The notes beneath the pieces were generated by a model. The model was not told the DNA's origin and did no database searches. It saw nothing but the letters and a program-made list of their open reading frames with translations. Position numbers and translations under genes: made by a program. From contig JAPKYE010000012.1 in the NCBI GenBank assembly GCA_026394495.1, positions 83 through 64,082 of the forward strand: DNA of 64,000 nucleotides, written 5' to 3'. Shown here one piece after another: positions 1-10,109 of the stretch. This DNA is from Methanobacteriota archaeon. Lineage in GTDB: Archaea; Thermoplasmatota; E2; DHVEG-1. The stretch's first letter is position 1, and every line of letters begins with the position of its first letter.

Positions 1-2
1 TA

Positions 3-245
3 AAAGACGACATAATCACCGACATCAAGTTTCGCACATTTGGCTGCGGATCTGCGATCGCAACAAGCAGCATGGTCACTGATCTAGCAAAAAACAAACA
101 TATAGATGAAGCAATGAATCTCAGCCGTAGCGATGTCGCAAATGAACTTGATGGACTCCCACCTCAGAAAATGCACTGTTCAAATCTAGCTGCAGATGCG
201 TTACATGAAGCAATAAAAGATTATAAAAACAAAAAGAAAAAATAA
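3..245 (+). CDS. iscU: Fe-S cluster scaffold IscU/NifU, 3' part (5' end outside window)
   Basis: Manual translation, frame 3: KDDIITDIKFRTFGCGSAIATSSMVT...LDGLPPQKMHCSNLAADALHEAIKDY; FGCGSAIA and KMHCS are IscU motifs; TAA at 243-245. Not in ORF track. Confidence 0.93.
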   Translation, partial: KDDIITDIKFRTFGCGSAIATSSMVTDLAKNKHIDEAMNLSRSDVANELDGLPPQKMHCSNLAADALHEAIKDYKNKKKK

Positions 246-261
246 AGGAGGAAAAGAAACA

Positions 262-1056
262 ATGAAAATAGATGAATATTTTTGCTTACACCTAAATAAT
301 TTCTTTCCAAAGAAAACTGTTGCAGGTGAAGGTTCTCCTCAATCCCATTCTGAAATAGAGTATGAGTGGGCTAAAGGTAATTTAGAGTTACATTCTTCGT
401 ATATTGATTTGAAAGATAAAATAATTATGGATGCTGGTTGTGGACTTGGAGGAAAAACAGTATTTTACGCTGAGAACGGATGCAAATCCGTTGTAGGTAT
501 AGATATGGATGACCGTCATATAAAGTATGCAGATGATTTCGCAAAGCAACGAGGGGCATTAAATACAGAGTTTATGGTTGGAAGTCTGGATTCCTTGCCT
601 TTTGAATCAAATAAATTTGATATTGTTTTCTTAAGTGATGTAATAGAACACATCAGGAGACCTATCTTAATTAAGGCATTGGAGGAATGCAAAAGGGTTG
701 TTAAAACAAACGGTAGAATATGCCTTGAGTTTCCACCTTGGACTAGCAATGATGCTGCGCATTTATACAATTATATTTATATTCCATGGTGTCAAGTTGT
801 TTTTTCTCCAGAGACTCTTATCAATGTGACAAAAAAAATGAATCCAAAACCTAGACATGGTGGATTGTCGGTTATTGAACACTTTCAAGAATTAAATCAT
901 ATTACGATTAAAGAATTTAAGGATATTATCAGAGAATTAGATTTTAAAGTTATTAATTTTGAAACTCTTATGATAAAAAACATTAAAACTTTAAGATATA
1001 TACCGTTCTTTAACAGGTATTTGACTTCTCGTGTTGTTGCTGTGCTTTCAAAATAA
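262..1056 (+). CDS. Class I SAM-dependent methyltransferase
   Basis: Motif I DAGCGLGG, GIDMD, FDIVFLSDVIEH; AGGAGG Shine-Dalgarno at 246-251. Confidence 0.85.
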   Translation: MKIDEYFCLHLNNFFPKKTVAGEGSPQSHSEIEYEWAKGNLELHSSYIDLKDKIIMDAGCGLGGKTVFYAENGCKSVVGIDMDDRHIKYADDFAKQRGALNTEFMVGSLDSLPFESNKFDIVFLSDVIEHIRRPILIKALEECKRVVKTNGRICLEFPPWTSNDAAHLYNYIYIPWCQVVFSPETLINVTKKMNPKPRHGGLSVIEHFQELNHITIKEFKDIIRELDFKVINFETLMIKNIKTLRYIPFFNRYLTSRVVAVLSK

Positions 1057-1074
1057 ATAAAGGAGAAAAAGAAA

Positions 1075-1452
1075 ATGGCAGAACTTCAAGAAATCTACAA
1101 ATGTGCAATATGCGGAAATATTGTAGAAGTACTTCATGCTGGTGACGGCGAACTTGTCTGTTGCGGACAACCCATGAATCTCATGAAAGAAAACACGGTT
1201 GATGCATCAAAAGAAAAACATGTCCCAGTGATCGAACAAACACCAACTGGGATCAAAGTCAAAGTCGGCGTAGTTCCGCATCCCATGGAAGAAAAACACT
1301 ACATCGAATGGATCCAGGTAATCCTAGATGGTACTGCATACAGGAAATTTTTAAAACCAGGAGAAAAACCCGAAGCAGTGTTCCCCTTATAAGCTAAAAA
1401 GATCGAGGCACGAGAATACTGCAACATCCATAGATTGTGGATTTCAGGTTAA
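1075..1452 (+). pseudogene. dfx: Desulfoferrodoxin (1Fe/2Fe superoxide reductase) interrupted by in-frame TAA at 1390-1392
   Basis: YKCAICGN...[25 protein letters not shown]; after the TAA the same frame continues AKKIEAREYCNIHRLWISG* (1393-1452), the conserved C-terminal ligand motif. Confidence 0.8.
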
Positions 1453-1475
1453 CACAAAAACATCCCATCCTCCAC

Positions 1476-1505
1476 GGGCAGGTGAATTAGCAAATTCATT
1501 TGCCC
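1476..1505. terminator. Hairpin downstream of dfx, possible terminator
   Basis: GGGCAGGTGAAT-TAGCAA-ATTCATTTGCCC forms a 12-bp stem (2 G:U) followed by a T-rich tract. Confidence 0.4.
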
Positions 1506-1558
1506 CATCTCCTTTTTTAGTGAACATTAAATACTTGAATAGGGCTGAGGAACCATAA

Positions 1559-2959
1559 ATGAAAGCATCGAACGATCAGGGAGTAAATAATCGGCAAAAA
1601 AATTCTCTTGAAACGTTACTAGGTGACCCGAAGAAAGCGATTTTCAAACTTGCGATACCGATGATCGTTGCAATGACTGTTTCTACACTGTATACGTTTG
1701 TGAACAGAGTATGGGTATCAGGTCTTGGTGCTGATGCTTCAGCAGCTGTTGGTTTTGCTTTTCCGCTTTTATTCATGGGGACTGCTATTGCCACTGGTCT
1801 AGGTGTTGGTGGCGGATCAGCAATATCTAGAAAGATTGGTGCCAAAGATAAAAAAGGTGCGGATAGCGCAGCGGTTCATACATTGATTATTATGTTAATT
1901 GCCGCTGTTCTGTATGCTGTTCCCTTGTTTGTGTTCGCCGAAGATATTTTCCGTCTTATCGGTGCTGAACAGACAACCGCTATTGCATCGCAGTATATTC
2001 GGATTATGTACGCAGGAACACTGATTTCGTTTTTTATGTTTATCGCTAATGCGATTCTTCGAGCAGAAGGTGATGTGAAGCGTGCGATGTTTGCGATTGT
2101 CCTTGGTGGGATTTTAAATGCAGTGTTAGATCCGATTTTTATCTATATGTTTGGCTGGGGTGTCCCTGGTGCTGCTTGGGCATCAATTCTATCAATGAGT
2201 GTCTCTGCAATATTATTGTTTTATTGGCTTTTTTTAAAACAAAACACGTATGTTACCATTCATTTTCGCAGGTTTCATTTTAATAAATCAATGATGAAAG
2301 ATATTTTATCTGTTGGTTTACCTGCATTAATCATGCAGCTTTCTATGTCCATTATGCTTTTAATCATGAACATCATTGTTGAAATAATTAGAGGAACTGA
2401 TGGCGTTGCTATCTTTTCCGCTGGCTGGTCAGTCGTAACACTAGCATCGATGCCACTACTTGGAATGGCGACTGCAGTCGTCTCAGTTACTGGGGCAGCA
2501 TTTGGAGCACATGAATATCATAAACTCGATGTCGCTCATCTGTATGCAATAAAAATCGGGTTGATCATTGAAATATCGATTGCGGTTGTAACATTCATTT
2601 TTGCACCAGTGATCACCCTTGCATTTACACAGTCATCAGATATGGCTGTTCTGAGTGATGACATTACATTGTTCCTCAGAATCATCTGCATCTTTTATCC
2701 TGCGATAGCCTTTGGGTTGCTTTCTTCTTCGCTGTTTCAAGGAGTGGGAAAAGGCATGAACTCCCTGATAACTACAATATTTCGAACTATTTTGTTAACC
2801 GCTCCCCTTGGATGGTTTTTTGCGATTACGCTAGGTTTTGGTCTGCCTGGAGCATGGTGGGGTCTTGTTATCGCAAACATTATCGGAGGAACCGTCACTT
2901 TTGCATGGGCAACACTACACATCAAAAGACTTCAACATCCTGTCGTCCAAACAACGTAG
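1559..2959 (+). CDS. MATE family efflux transporter
   Basis: About 12 hydrophobic segments; LGDPKKAIFKLAIPM, RAEGD, NAVLDPIFIY, GAAWAS motifs. Confidence 0.92.
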   Translation: MKASNDQGVNNRQKNSLETLLGDPKKAIFKLAIPMIVAMTVSTLYTFVNRVWVSGLGADASAAVGFAFPLLFMGTAIATGLGVGGGSAISRKIGAKDKKGADSAAVHTLIIMLIAAVLYAVPLFVFAEDIFRLIGAEQTTAIASQYIRIMYAGTLISFFMFIANAILRAEGDVKRAMFAIVLGGILNAVLDPIFIYMFGWGVPGAAWASILSMSVSAILLFYWLFLKQNTYVTIHFRRFHFNKSMMKDILSVGLPALIMQLSMSIMLLIMNIIVEIIRGTDGVAIFSAGWSVVTLASMPLLGMATAVVSVTGAAFGAHEYHKLDVAHLYAIKIGLIIEISIAVVTFIFAPVITLAFTQSSDMAVLSDDITLFLRIICIFYPAIAFGLLSSSLFQGVGKGMNSLITTIFRTILLTAPLGWFFAITLGFGLPGAWWGLVIANIIGGTVTFAWATLHIKRLQHPVVQTT

Positions 2960-2960
2960 T

Positions 2961-3401
2961 TTATTTGTTCTTTGATTGAACACAGAGTTTTTGTAAAAGA
3001 ACGCTGACGATCTGATTATCTCCTTCAACAAAATCATAGTTTTTTAACTCTTGATTGGTTACCCACTGTATATCTTGGCAATCCAAGAGTTGAACTGTGC
3101 CATCTTTCATTGTTGTAAGATACACAATAAGAATAATAGGAATGGTCTTTCCTGCTTTCACATACGTATGAGAATGGATCATAAACAACTGATCAATGGA
3201 TACACGTATCCCAAGTTCTTCTTTGATTTCACGAAGAAGACAGTCCTCAGTTCGTTCTCCTTTCTCAATTTTTCCGCCTGGAAACTCCCATTTATTTGGT
3301 TCAAGAAAACTATCTTGTTTCCGTTGTGCAATCAAGATTTGATTATTGTTTCTGATAATTGCAGCGGTGACAAGCGTTGGTTTTACATTCATGACAATCA
3401 A
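2961..3401 (-). CDS. mutT: NUDIX hydrolase, MutT-like 8-oxo-dGTP diphosphatase
   Basis: Nudix box WEFPGGKIEKGERTEDCLLREIKEELG. Confidence 0.85.
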   Translation of the reverse strand: MIVMNVKPTLVTAAIIRNNNQILIAQRKQDSFLEPNKWEFPGGKIEKGERTEDCLLREIKEELGIRVSIDQLFMIHSHTYVKAGKTIPIILIVYLTTMKDGTVQLLDCQDIQWVTNQELKNYDFVEGDNQIVSVLLQKLCVQSKNK

Positions 3402-3880
3402 GGAGCTGATATTTTTTTCACCAACAATGCAACTCGTTTACCAAGTTTTGCACCATTTTCTATCGTCTCTGTATCAGGTGAACCGACGCAAGATGTCCCA
3501 TAGTGACCAGTAGCGTCAAGGGGATCACCTACTATGATCATCCCGTAAATCAACATTGCTTGAATAATAGATATGATCGTGGTTTCTTTTCCCCCGGATT
3601 CATCCCCTGATGTCGCAAACGCTGCACCGATTTTTCCTTCCATTTTTTTACGTATACCAACAAAGTTATCAATCATTTTTTTTACTTCAGCAGCCATTGA
3701 CCCGAAGTACACTGGCGAACCAATGATGATTCCTTGAGATAAAAGCAAATCTTCTTTTGTGACTTCTGAAACAGGTTTTATCACACATTCAACTCCGGTT
3801 TCTTCAACACCCTTTCCGATTTCTTCTGCAAGTTTTTTTGTATGTCCTGTTTTTGAATAATACGTAATTAACACTTTCAT
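3398..3880 (-). CDS. Flavodoxin / WrbA-like NAD(P)H:quinone oxidoreductase
   Basis: YYSKTGHTKKLA, IGSPVYFG, GAAFATSG...GGKE flavodoxin-fold motifs. Confidence 0.85.
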   Translation of the reverse strand: MKVLITYYSKTGHTKKLAEEIGKGVEETGVECVIKPVSEVTKEDLLLSQGIIIGSPVYFGSMAAEVKKMIDNFVGIRKKMEGKIGAAFATSGDESGGKETTIISIIQAMLIYGMIIVGDPLDATGHYGTSCVGSPDTETIENGAKLGKRVALLVKKISAP

Positions 3881-4094
3881 TACGATTCCTCATGATGATA
3901 ACAACATCTGTATATTAAAAATATCCATGATAGATAATAAGCAAGAAGAGATAAATCTAATAATCCAAATGACATTTTCAATATAGACCACAATGATGAA
4001 GATTTTATGCTAAGTGCTGCAATCGTGCTGAAAAATGGGCGAACTGAGTGGTCATACAAAAATAGAGAAAAAATATTCCCTATAACATCTCCTC

Positions 4095-5966
4095 TTAGAA
4101 AAACTTCCATACCTTCATCGTATCACTCAAAGTCTGCGTATCGTAATATGCAATAACTTTAAGGGTATGACGTGAAAACGAACGCTTTTCCCAAAGCCAA
4201 CTATACGGTGCCTCTGCATCAGTGTTTTGTAATGTTCCATCCAAGTAAAACTCAACTTTTGCGATACTCTCCGAAACACCGTTGACGTCTGCAGTGACAT
4301 TAATTGGACCGATCACAAGGGTGACAAAAGTTTTATTCTTCTCATTCCCAAAACGATAGATATGTTTTTCTTGAGGTTGAGAAATGACGACAGCAGGTTT
4401 TGCACTGTTTTTCCCCACAACGACAAAATCAATACCATTGCCAGATATCCCAATATAACGACCTGATGAAAAGATATCAATGCTTGTATTCCAATGTTCA
4501 TGCACCCCAAGACTGTGATTGAGATACACGCCGTCATGCTCAGGATCGTAGACATTTGATGGTGGGTTTGCAGCCTGATGCAAATAGTTTTGAGAGCCCT
4601 CCGAGGGATTGGTTCCTTCTGTCTTCAAGAAATCATACATCACCGAATCAAGTGCAACTGGGTCCTGGGAAAAAAACAAACTATTCGTCCAATCGTTATT
4701 GAAAGGATACATCAGAAACTTATCAACAGTTCGATGATCGACTTTAGTTGCATACAATCCATCACCTAGATACAGGAGGGTTTTTCCACCTAGCTCGTTA
4801 AAAGTTAGGAGATCGACCTGCGGTGAAGACTCCCCCATTGTTAACCCTGATTCAAGGTAGGGGTGAACATCAACCACGGGTTCGATAAACGTCCCGAAAA
4901 GGTTTTTTCCAGATAAGGTTACACCCGCGATCGGATGCGCCTTTAGCAAGGGCATGTTGATCAGGTATTTTGCCTCAGTGACACATGTCGGCATCGTCCG
5001 CGTGAAATTGGCGCCATCAGCAAACCAGGCCTTCACAGTGCTGGGAACCGCTTTTTCTCTTCCTGTTGCATTGCCCCCATAGTCTACGTAGTGGATGTCA
5101 GGAAACTCTGATTTCAATGATAGTGCTGGGTATTTCTCATAATAGAGACGGTAGTAGAACCAATTTGACATGGGTCTCGATGCATCAAAAACCGTGATAT
5201 CCTCTTGTTTGACACCAACCACATTGATAAGTTGACGAAGGAGCGCTTTGACAACCTGTGGGCTTGCATCCCGTTCATTATCACATTTCAAATACGGGTT
5301 AATCACCTGGTAGTTCAAACAGTTGTTCAGGTTGATTTTGATAGCTATTTTTTCCCCTGATTGATATCCTTGTGACCCGTAACCATGTTGTTCATTAAAA
5401 AATGTAAATGTCTGATTCCATGCATCATGGGTGTTGGTTGTCCCTGCAAGTGATTGTATGCCGTTGGCCATCATAGTGTCTATCACTTGTTGGTTGTTGT
5501 TTTCACTCATCCACCAAAAACCACTTAATTCATTTTCGGTTGCGTTGGAATCCCAGACCCAGACGACGCGCCCTGGATGGAGACCCTGTGGCATCCCCAT
5601 TGGTTGGTTTTGAATCGGTGTCCATGATGAAGTAGAATTATTTATGATTGAAAAACCTGCAAATACCGCTCCGCTGATCATAAAAAAAACAATACACGCA
5701 ACAACAAACGTAGGAACTGTTTTCTGTATCTTATATTTAGCCCGTCGTATCAACCCAGAAAGACCAACAAATAACACACCCCAGAATGCGATATAAGCCA
5801 TTGCGATTGGAAAAGAAATCTTCTGACAAGGATATTGAGCACGATACGGCGCGGGAGCGACACGCAGTAAAAACCATGCTAAACACGCAAGTCCGACAAT
5901 ATGAAACCAGATTCCTTTAAGACCGAGTAATTTATGTAACAATTTTTTTTTACAGAACCGTTTCAT
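4095..5966 (-). CDS. Membrane-anchored DUF362-like protein with C-terminal Ig-like domain
   Basis: Two N-terminal TM segments, AIKINLN, KYLINMPLLKAH, VTLSGKNLFG (DUF362-like); C-terminal KVEFYLDG...PYSWLW...HTLKVIAY Ig-like module. Confidence 0.7.
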   Translation of the reverse strand: MKRFCKKKLLHKLLGLKGIWFHIVGLACLAWFLLRVAPAPYRAQYPCQKISFPIAMAYIAFWGVLFVGLSGLIRRAKYKIQKTVPTFVVACIVFFMISGAVFAGFSIINNSTSSWTPIQNQPMGMPQGLHPGRVVWVWDSNATENELSGFWWMSENNNQQVIDTMMANGIQSLAGTTNTHDAWNQTFTFFNEQHGYGSQGYQSGEKIAIKINLNNCLNYQVINPYLKCDNERDASPQVVKALLRQLINVVGVKQEDITVFDASRPMSNWFYYRLYYEKYPALSLKSEFPDIHYVDYGGNATGREKAVPSTVKAWFADGANFTRTMPTCVTEAKYLINMPLLKAHPIAGVTLSGKNLFGTFIEPVVDVHPYLESGLTMGESSPQVDLLTFNELGGKTLLYLGDGLYATKVDHRTVDKFLMYPFNNDWTNSLFFSQDPVALDSVMYDFLKTEGTNPSEGSQNYLHQAANPPSNVYDPEHDGVYLNHSLGVHEHWNTSIDIFSSGRYIGISGNGIDFVVVGKNSAKPAVVISQPQEKHIYRFGNEKNKTFVTLVIGPINVTADVNGVSESIAKVEFYLDGTLQNTDAEAPYSWLWEKRSFSRHTLKVIAYYDTQTLSDTMKVWKFF

Positions 5967-6041
5967 ACAAAACCTATAATAACTATATTAATCATCGTAT
6001 TATATAAATTCTCCTTATTCTTATAAAAAGAGGAAGAGATA

Positions 6042-6617
6042 ATGGATGTCAAACAAGCAATTGAAAAACGTCGGGCATACCGCTCGTTGGATCCCGTAAT
6101 AATCACTGAGAAATTAATAGACGATCTTGCAACACATGCAGGGCTTGCACCATCATGTTTCAACAATCAGCCATGGAGGTACATATTCGTGTACGATCCT
6201 GTGGTGTTGGCACAGATGCATACCGCACTCTCATCTGGAAATGAATGGGTACAAAAAGCATCTCTCATCATTGTTGTTCTCAGCAAAAAAGAATTTGATT
6301 GTGTGATGAAAGATGGCAGAGAATACTATCAGTTTGATACTGGCATAGCAACGGCTTTTCTTATTCTTCGTGCAACAGAACTTGGGTTAGTTGCTCATCC
6401 AATCGCAGGGTATAACCCAAAAAAAGCGCGGGAGATACTTGGAATACCGGACGATCTAAATGTCATCACACTTGTCAACGTTGGAAAACATGCAGATAAA
6501 CCAAATACACTACTTTCAAAACAACAAGCAGAAGGAGAAAAAGTACGACCAAAACGAAAATCATTGGATGAATTTGTATATCGAAACCGATTCACATCAG
6601 AAAAAAATCAAATATGA
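6042..6617 (+). CDS. Nitroreductase family protein
   Basis: AIEKRRAYR, APSCFNNQPWRY, DTGIA, RATELGL motifs. Confidence 0.9.
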   Translation: MDVKQAIEKRRAYRSLDPVIITEKLIDDLATHAGLAPSCFNNQPWRYIFVYDPVVLAQMHTALSSGNEWVQKASLIIVVLSKKEFDCVMKDGREYYQFDTGIATAFLILRATELGLVAHPIAGYNPKKAREILGIPDDLNVITLVNVGKHADKPNTLLSKQQAEGEKVRPKRKSLDEFVYRNRFTSEKNQI

Positions 6618-6618
6618 A

Positions 6619-7383
6619 TTATCCATACATCGTTGAAGGAGTGTTTGGTTGCATCGACGACGGAGCGGTGGGCCGCGACTGTTTAATCAAATCCCTTATG
6701 CGTTTTTCGATCTCATCCGCTTCTTTATACAACGGCTCAAGATTTATAGCGATCTGGGGAAGCATTTTATCAAGTTTCTCCAGAAGCATTCCTGCTGCCC
6801 GTGAATCCGGATACGACGCATGAGCCTCAGCAAGCAAGCAAATAACGTCGCGTTTCTGCAACATTCCCTCATAGAGAAACACGCCGCTGTCACCAGTAAT
6901 CATTCCTTCTTTTACTTCTTCGATTTCATATTGTTGCAATGTTTTTTTCATCTCAGGTGTACTCGCAACCCCAAAGACTTTTGGATTTTTCGCGTCAACA
7001 ACATGCATGCCTTCAAACGAAACAATAATCTTACATCCTTTTTTCTTCGCCCAGTCGAAAATCTTGTCAACCAGAGGTTTTACCGAATCCCACGGTGGCA
7101 TGAACTCAGAGATGATCACAACAAGTTGATCGCAAGACCCCCCCACACCACACTCTTTCTTTCCCGCATAAATCCGTACCGGCGGGGATGGACGGGAGTT
7201 ATGAATGACTGCTGCGGGCATAAACGACTTTGAGACAATAGTTCCAACCTCTTCAAGTTTCAACGTGTCAATAATGTATCGCCCAGCGATTGAACTAATC
7301 AAACCAACAGTAGGAAAAGCAACAATGAGCATAGAATTTGATACATCAATTTTTCCATATTCAATGAATGTTATATCGTCCAT
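6619..7383 (-). CDS. PAC2 family proteasome assembly chaperone
   Basis: IVAFPTVGLISSIAG, IISEF, GMITGDSG, YPDSRAA, LYKEADEIE pattern. Confidence 0.85.
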   Translation of the reverse strand: MDDITFIEYGKIDVSNSMLIVAFPTVGLISSIAGRYIIDTLKLEEVGTIVSKSFMPAAVIHNSRPSPPVRIYAGKKECGVGGSCDQLVVIISEFMPPWDSVKPLVDKIFDWAKKKGCKIIVSFEGMHVVDAKNPKVFGVASTPEMKKTLQQYEIEEVKEGMITGDSGVFLYEGMLQKRDVICLLAEAHASYPDSRAAGMLLEKLDKMLPQIAINLEPLYKEADEIEKRIRDLIKQSRPTAPSSMQPNTPSTMYG

Positions 7384-7455
7384 ACAAGTTCTCTATCAGC
7401 TCCTGCTTCTTAAAAATTGTCATTCTTTCGCCCCTTCACCATGACAGAGGTTGTT

Positions 7456-8058
7456 TTATTCAGATAATATCGTCGCAGGTAATTCTGATAAACGATGAAT
7501 AGTGAAATCAGCATCGATGTTCAGTCCAACGACAGTGCATCCAGCTGCTTTTCCTGCTTTAATATCGCTTGCGGTATCACCAACGATGAGAACATCATGA
7601 GGGTCAACGTTGAGAAATGTGCAGGCTTTAAACACAATTTCTGGATCTGGTTTTCCTTGCTCGACTTCATCACTGGTCACAATCACTTGGAAATATCGTT
7701 CGATATCAAATCGTCTGAGTATCTGCTGTGCACATCCACGTGGCGTGTTCGTGATAATCCCTTTTTTGTAATGGTTCAGTGCTTGTAATGTTGGTTTTGT
7801 ATCAGGATACAGACGGACTGCATCAATGTGGTTCCCATAGATTGTATTGCAAAAGTTTGCAATCTCAGGGTTTAATCTTGCCTTTTTAAGGTTATCACGA
7901 AGATCATGACCCCAATATTTCTCGATGAATTCCTCTCTGCCAATCTCTATTTTAGCATAGGTTTTCATCGCATTGTTTAATGCCTGCCACCAGGAATCAA
8001 GTGAATCGACGAGAACACCGTCCATATCAAAAAGAATCGCAGCTGGTTTTTTATTCAT
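7456..8058 (-). CDS. HAD family hydrolase (phosphoglycolate phosphatase-like)
   Basis: FDMDGVLVDS, IITN, KPDPE, VGDTASDI. Confidence 0.9.
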   Translation of the reverse strand: MNKKPAAILFDMDGVLVDSLDSWWQALNNAMKTYAKIEIGREEFIEKYWGHDLRDNLKKARLNPEIANFCNTIYGNHIDAVRLYPDTKPTLQALNHYKKGIITNTPRGCAQQILRRFDIERYFQVIVTSDEVEQGKPDPEIVFKACTFLNVDPHDVLIVGDTASDIKAGKAAGCTVVGLNIDADFTIHRLSELPATILSE

Positions 8059-8251
8059 ATGGGAACCAGGGGACCGTAACAGCGGGTATCAAAAAAAGGT
8101 TTCCTGGAAGAAAAAGGAGTGTTTTAATAATGTGTTTATGGAGGTGAGTATGCAAAAACTAAATATTTTCCATGTAGCGAGATGAACTGATTGATATCAC
8201 ATGATATCCAAAAGACGGGAAAAATTTTAAAACCAAAAATTCTCCCAGCAT

Positions 8252-8947
8252 TCAACCAACGTATTTTAAAGCATCTGATACAGAAGAAACGGTTGGATCG
8301 TCTTCGTTACGATGCATATAACTCGCTGCTAACACTTTGATACTTAATGCGATGCAAAAGAAAAAAACGGAACATAACATCACCATTTCCGCGATTGCTT
8401 TATTGTATCCATACAAATGCGGCATAAAAAGAAATGCACAACTTGAACACAGAGAAAAAATACAAAGAATGTTGATAGTCCACCACCATTTTTTTCCAAA
8501 TAAACGTCTCATCTCAAAACTCATAAGAAACAATAACACAGGAATCGAACAGAAAAACGAAAGTGAACTCCATACATGGATATTTCCGAAAGTGACAGGG
8601 AATAAACCGGTTCCAAAAAGAGCGAACATATTGCCTGAAAGAACCAGCGTCCCTAGATTTCCGATAGTAGTTGAAAACAAACGGCTTTTTCTTACTGCAA
8701 GAGAAAACAAAATTCCGCCGAATCCAGCGATAATCAAACCACAATTAAAAAGAACTGAAGTTGTTCCTCGAGCAGACCACAGTGGTATTTCTCCAAAAGA
8801 CCCGCCAAGTTCACTGAGCCAATTTTCTGTCCAGCTGAACCAATCTGACGAGTGAATGGATAAAGCAATGCAGAAAAATAAGATAATCGGGGAAAGTAAT
8901 CCGCATATTCCTGCAATTTTTAATACTCTTTGTTGCCGTGTATTCAT
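8252..8947 (-). CDS. DUF998-like membrane protein (start revised to MNTRQ)
   Basis: WFSWTENWLSELG, FNCGLI, GLFP...IHVW pattern with 6-7 TM segments. Confidence 0.65.
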   Translation of the reverse strand: MNTRQQRVLKIAGICGLLSPIILFFCIALSIHSSDWFSWTENWLSELGGSFGEIPLWSARGTTSVLFNCGLIIAGFGGILFSLAVRKSRLFSTTIGNLGTLVLSGNMFALFGTGLFPVTFGNIHVWSSLSFFCSIPVLLFLMSFEMRRLFGKKWWWTINILCIFSLCSSCAFLFMPHLYGYNKAIAEMVMLCSVFFFCIALSIKVLAASYMHRNEDDPTVSSVSDALKYVG

Positions 8948-9321
8948 CGGTTTTATCCTCTTTTTTGTGATTTTTTCTGTAAATAAAAAGTCCTGTTGAA
9001 GAAAACACCAAGGTCTCAGCACATTCTGAATCAGTGTTGGACAACGACAATATTGTTTTCTTTTCGGATGGTTTCTTTTTTCTGTGCTGTATCTTCAAAG
9101 AACAATCGAGCGAAACCTTCGACGAATTCTTTGTTAAATCCCATCTTGTTATGTTTGATCTCAATCATTTCTTATCACCTACCTATAATCGTATATGTTG
9201 TCAAAAACGATATTTAAACCATGTTGTACAAGTGATACCCAAGATCTGTACAGTTCTTATCAAAAAAAGTTTGCCTGATGATAAAGAAAAAAACTCACCA
9301 CAACAACATAGTATTCATTTT

Positions 9322-9513
9322 TTATTTGCCTTCGCGAAAATCATCACATGGCTCTTCTGCATCCATAGAACGAACATGTTCAGGATGTGCAGGTTGCAAA
9401 CAGATTTCCTTTGGAAGTTGTATCATAGGTTTCCCACAACACACCAGAGTTTTCTTCCCAGTACCGGTTGTTGTTCGTTTGCACACCAAACATTGATAGG
9501 TTTCTTTACTCAT
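9322..9513 (-). CDS. Small desulforedoxin-like metal-binding protein
   Basis: CLVC...LVCCGKPM resembles the desulforedoxin Fe(Cys)4 site; extra C-terminal CLQPAHPEHVRS...EPCDDFR; 12 bp downstream of the hemerythrin gene. Confidence 0.7.
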   Translation of the reverse strand: MSKETYQCLVCKRTTTGTGKKTLVCCGKPMIQLPKEICLQPAHPEHVRSMDAEEPCDDFREGK

Positions 9514-9525
9514 ACATTCACCTCG

Positions 9526-9969
9526 TTACACAATTTCTTTAATGCGACTGACAATCATAAGTTTCTGTTCATTGGTCAACTCTTCATCAAGTCTTGGGTA
9601 CAGCTGCTCTTCCTCAAAGGTTTTATGATCCAGCAGTGAACATTTGAATCCTTCAAAATCACAACGATGTTTCTTCAAAATATCAAATCGCATCACCCTC
9701 AACCGATTTAAAAGTTCATTATGATCCTGAACAAGCTCAGGTACCATCTTATAGCCTTCACGGATATTTACTGGATTATATGAGGTATAAATTGCTTTTT
9801 CCTCAGTAAAAATATGTTTCTCAAGTGCCCATTCAAACGAATCAAACGCCTTCATCATCGAGAGAACGTCGTTATTCATGTTTTTCTCCACATCATTTAA
9901 TAATGTAATGATTTTTCCATGATCTTTGACCATGATATCAAGTATTGACGTTGGCTTCATATGTATCAA
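9526..9969 (-). CDS. Hemerythrin (HHE) domain protein
   Basis: KDH, KHIFTEE, QDH, DHKTFEEEQLYP repeats. Confidence 0.85.
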   Translation of the reverse strand: MIHMKPTSILDIMVKDHGKIITLLNDVEKNMNNDVLSMMKAFDSFEWALEKHIFTEEKAIYTSYNPVNIREGYKMVPELVQDHNELLNRLRVMRFDILKKHRCDFEGFKCSLLDHKTFEEEQLYPRLDEELTNEQKLMIVSRIKEIV

Positions 9970-10109
9970 AACCTCCGAGTAGGATTTTGCTTGTTGTACT
10001 GGAATATGCTTCCGTATTTATAGCTTGCTTCCTTAATCAATACAGCAGTGAACGTAAAGATAAAAAGAACATACTACATTTAGCTCCTTACACAACACAT
10101 GGGAGAAAC

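Noticed and set aside
3880-4110. 76-aa minus-strand ORF between the DUF362-like and flavodoxin genes
   Set aside because: Overlaps the upstream gene end, no motif; treated as probable intergenic DNA.
9034-9639. Long antisense or alternate-frame ORFs (for example 9034-9639, 38214-39086, 53022-53816, 63339-63878)
   Set aside because: They overlap well-supported genes on the other strand or frame and have no motifs; shadow ORFs.
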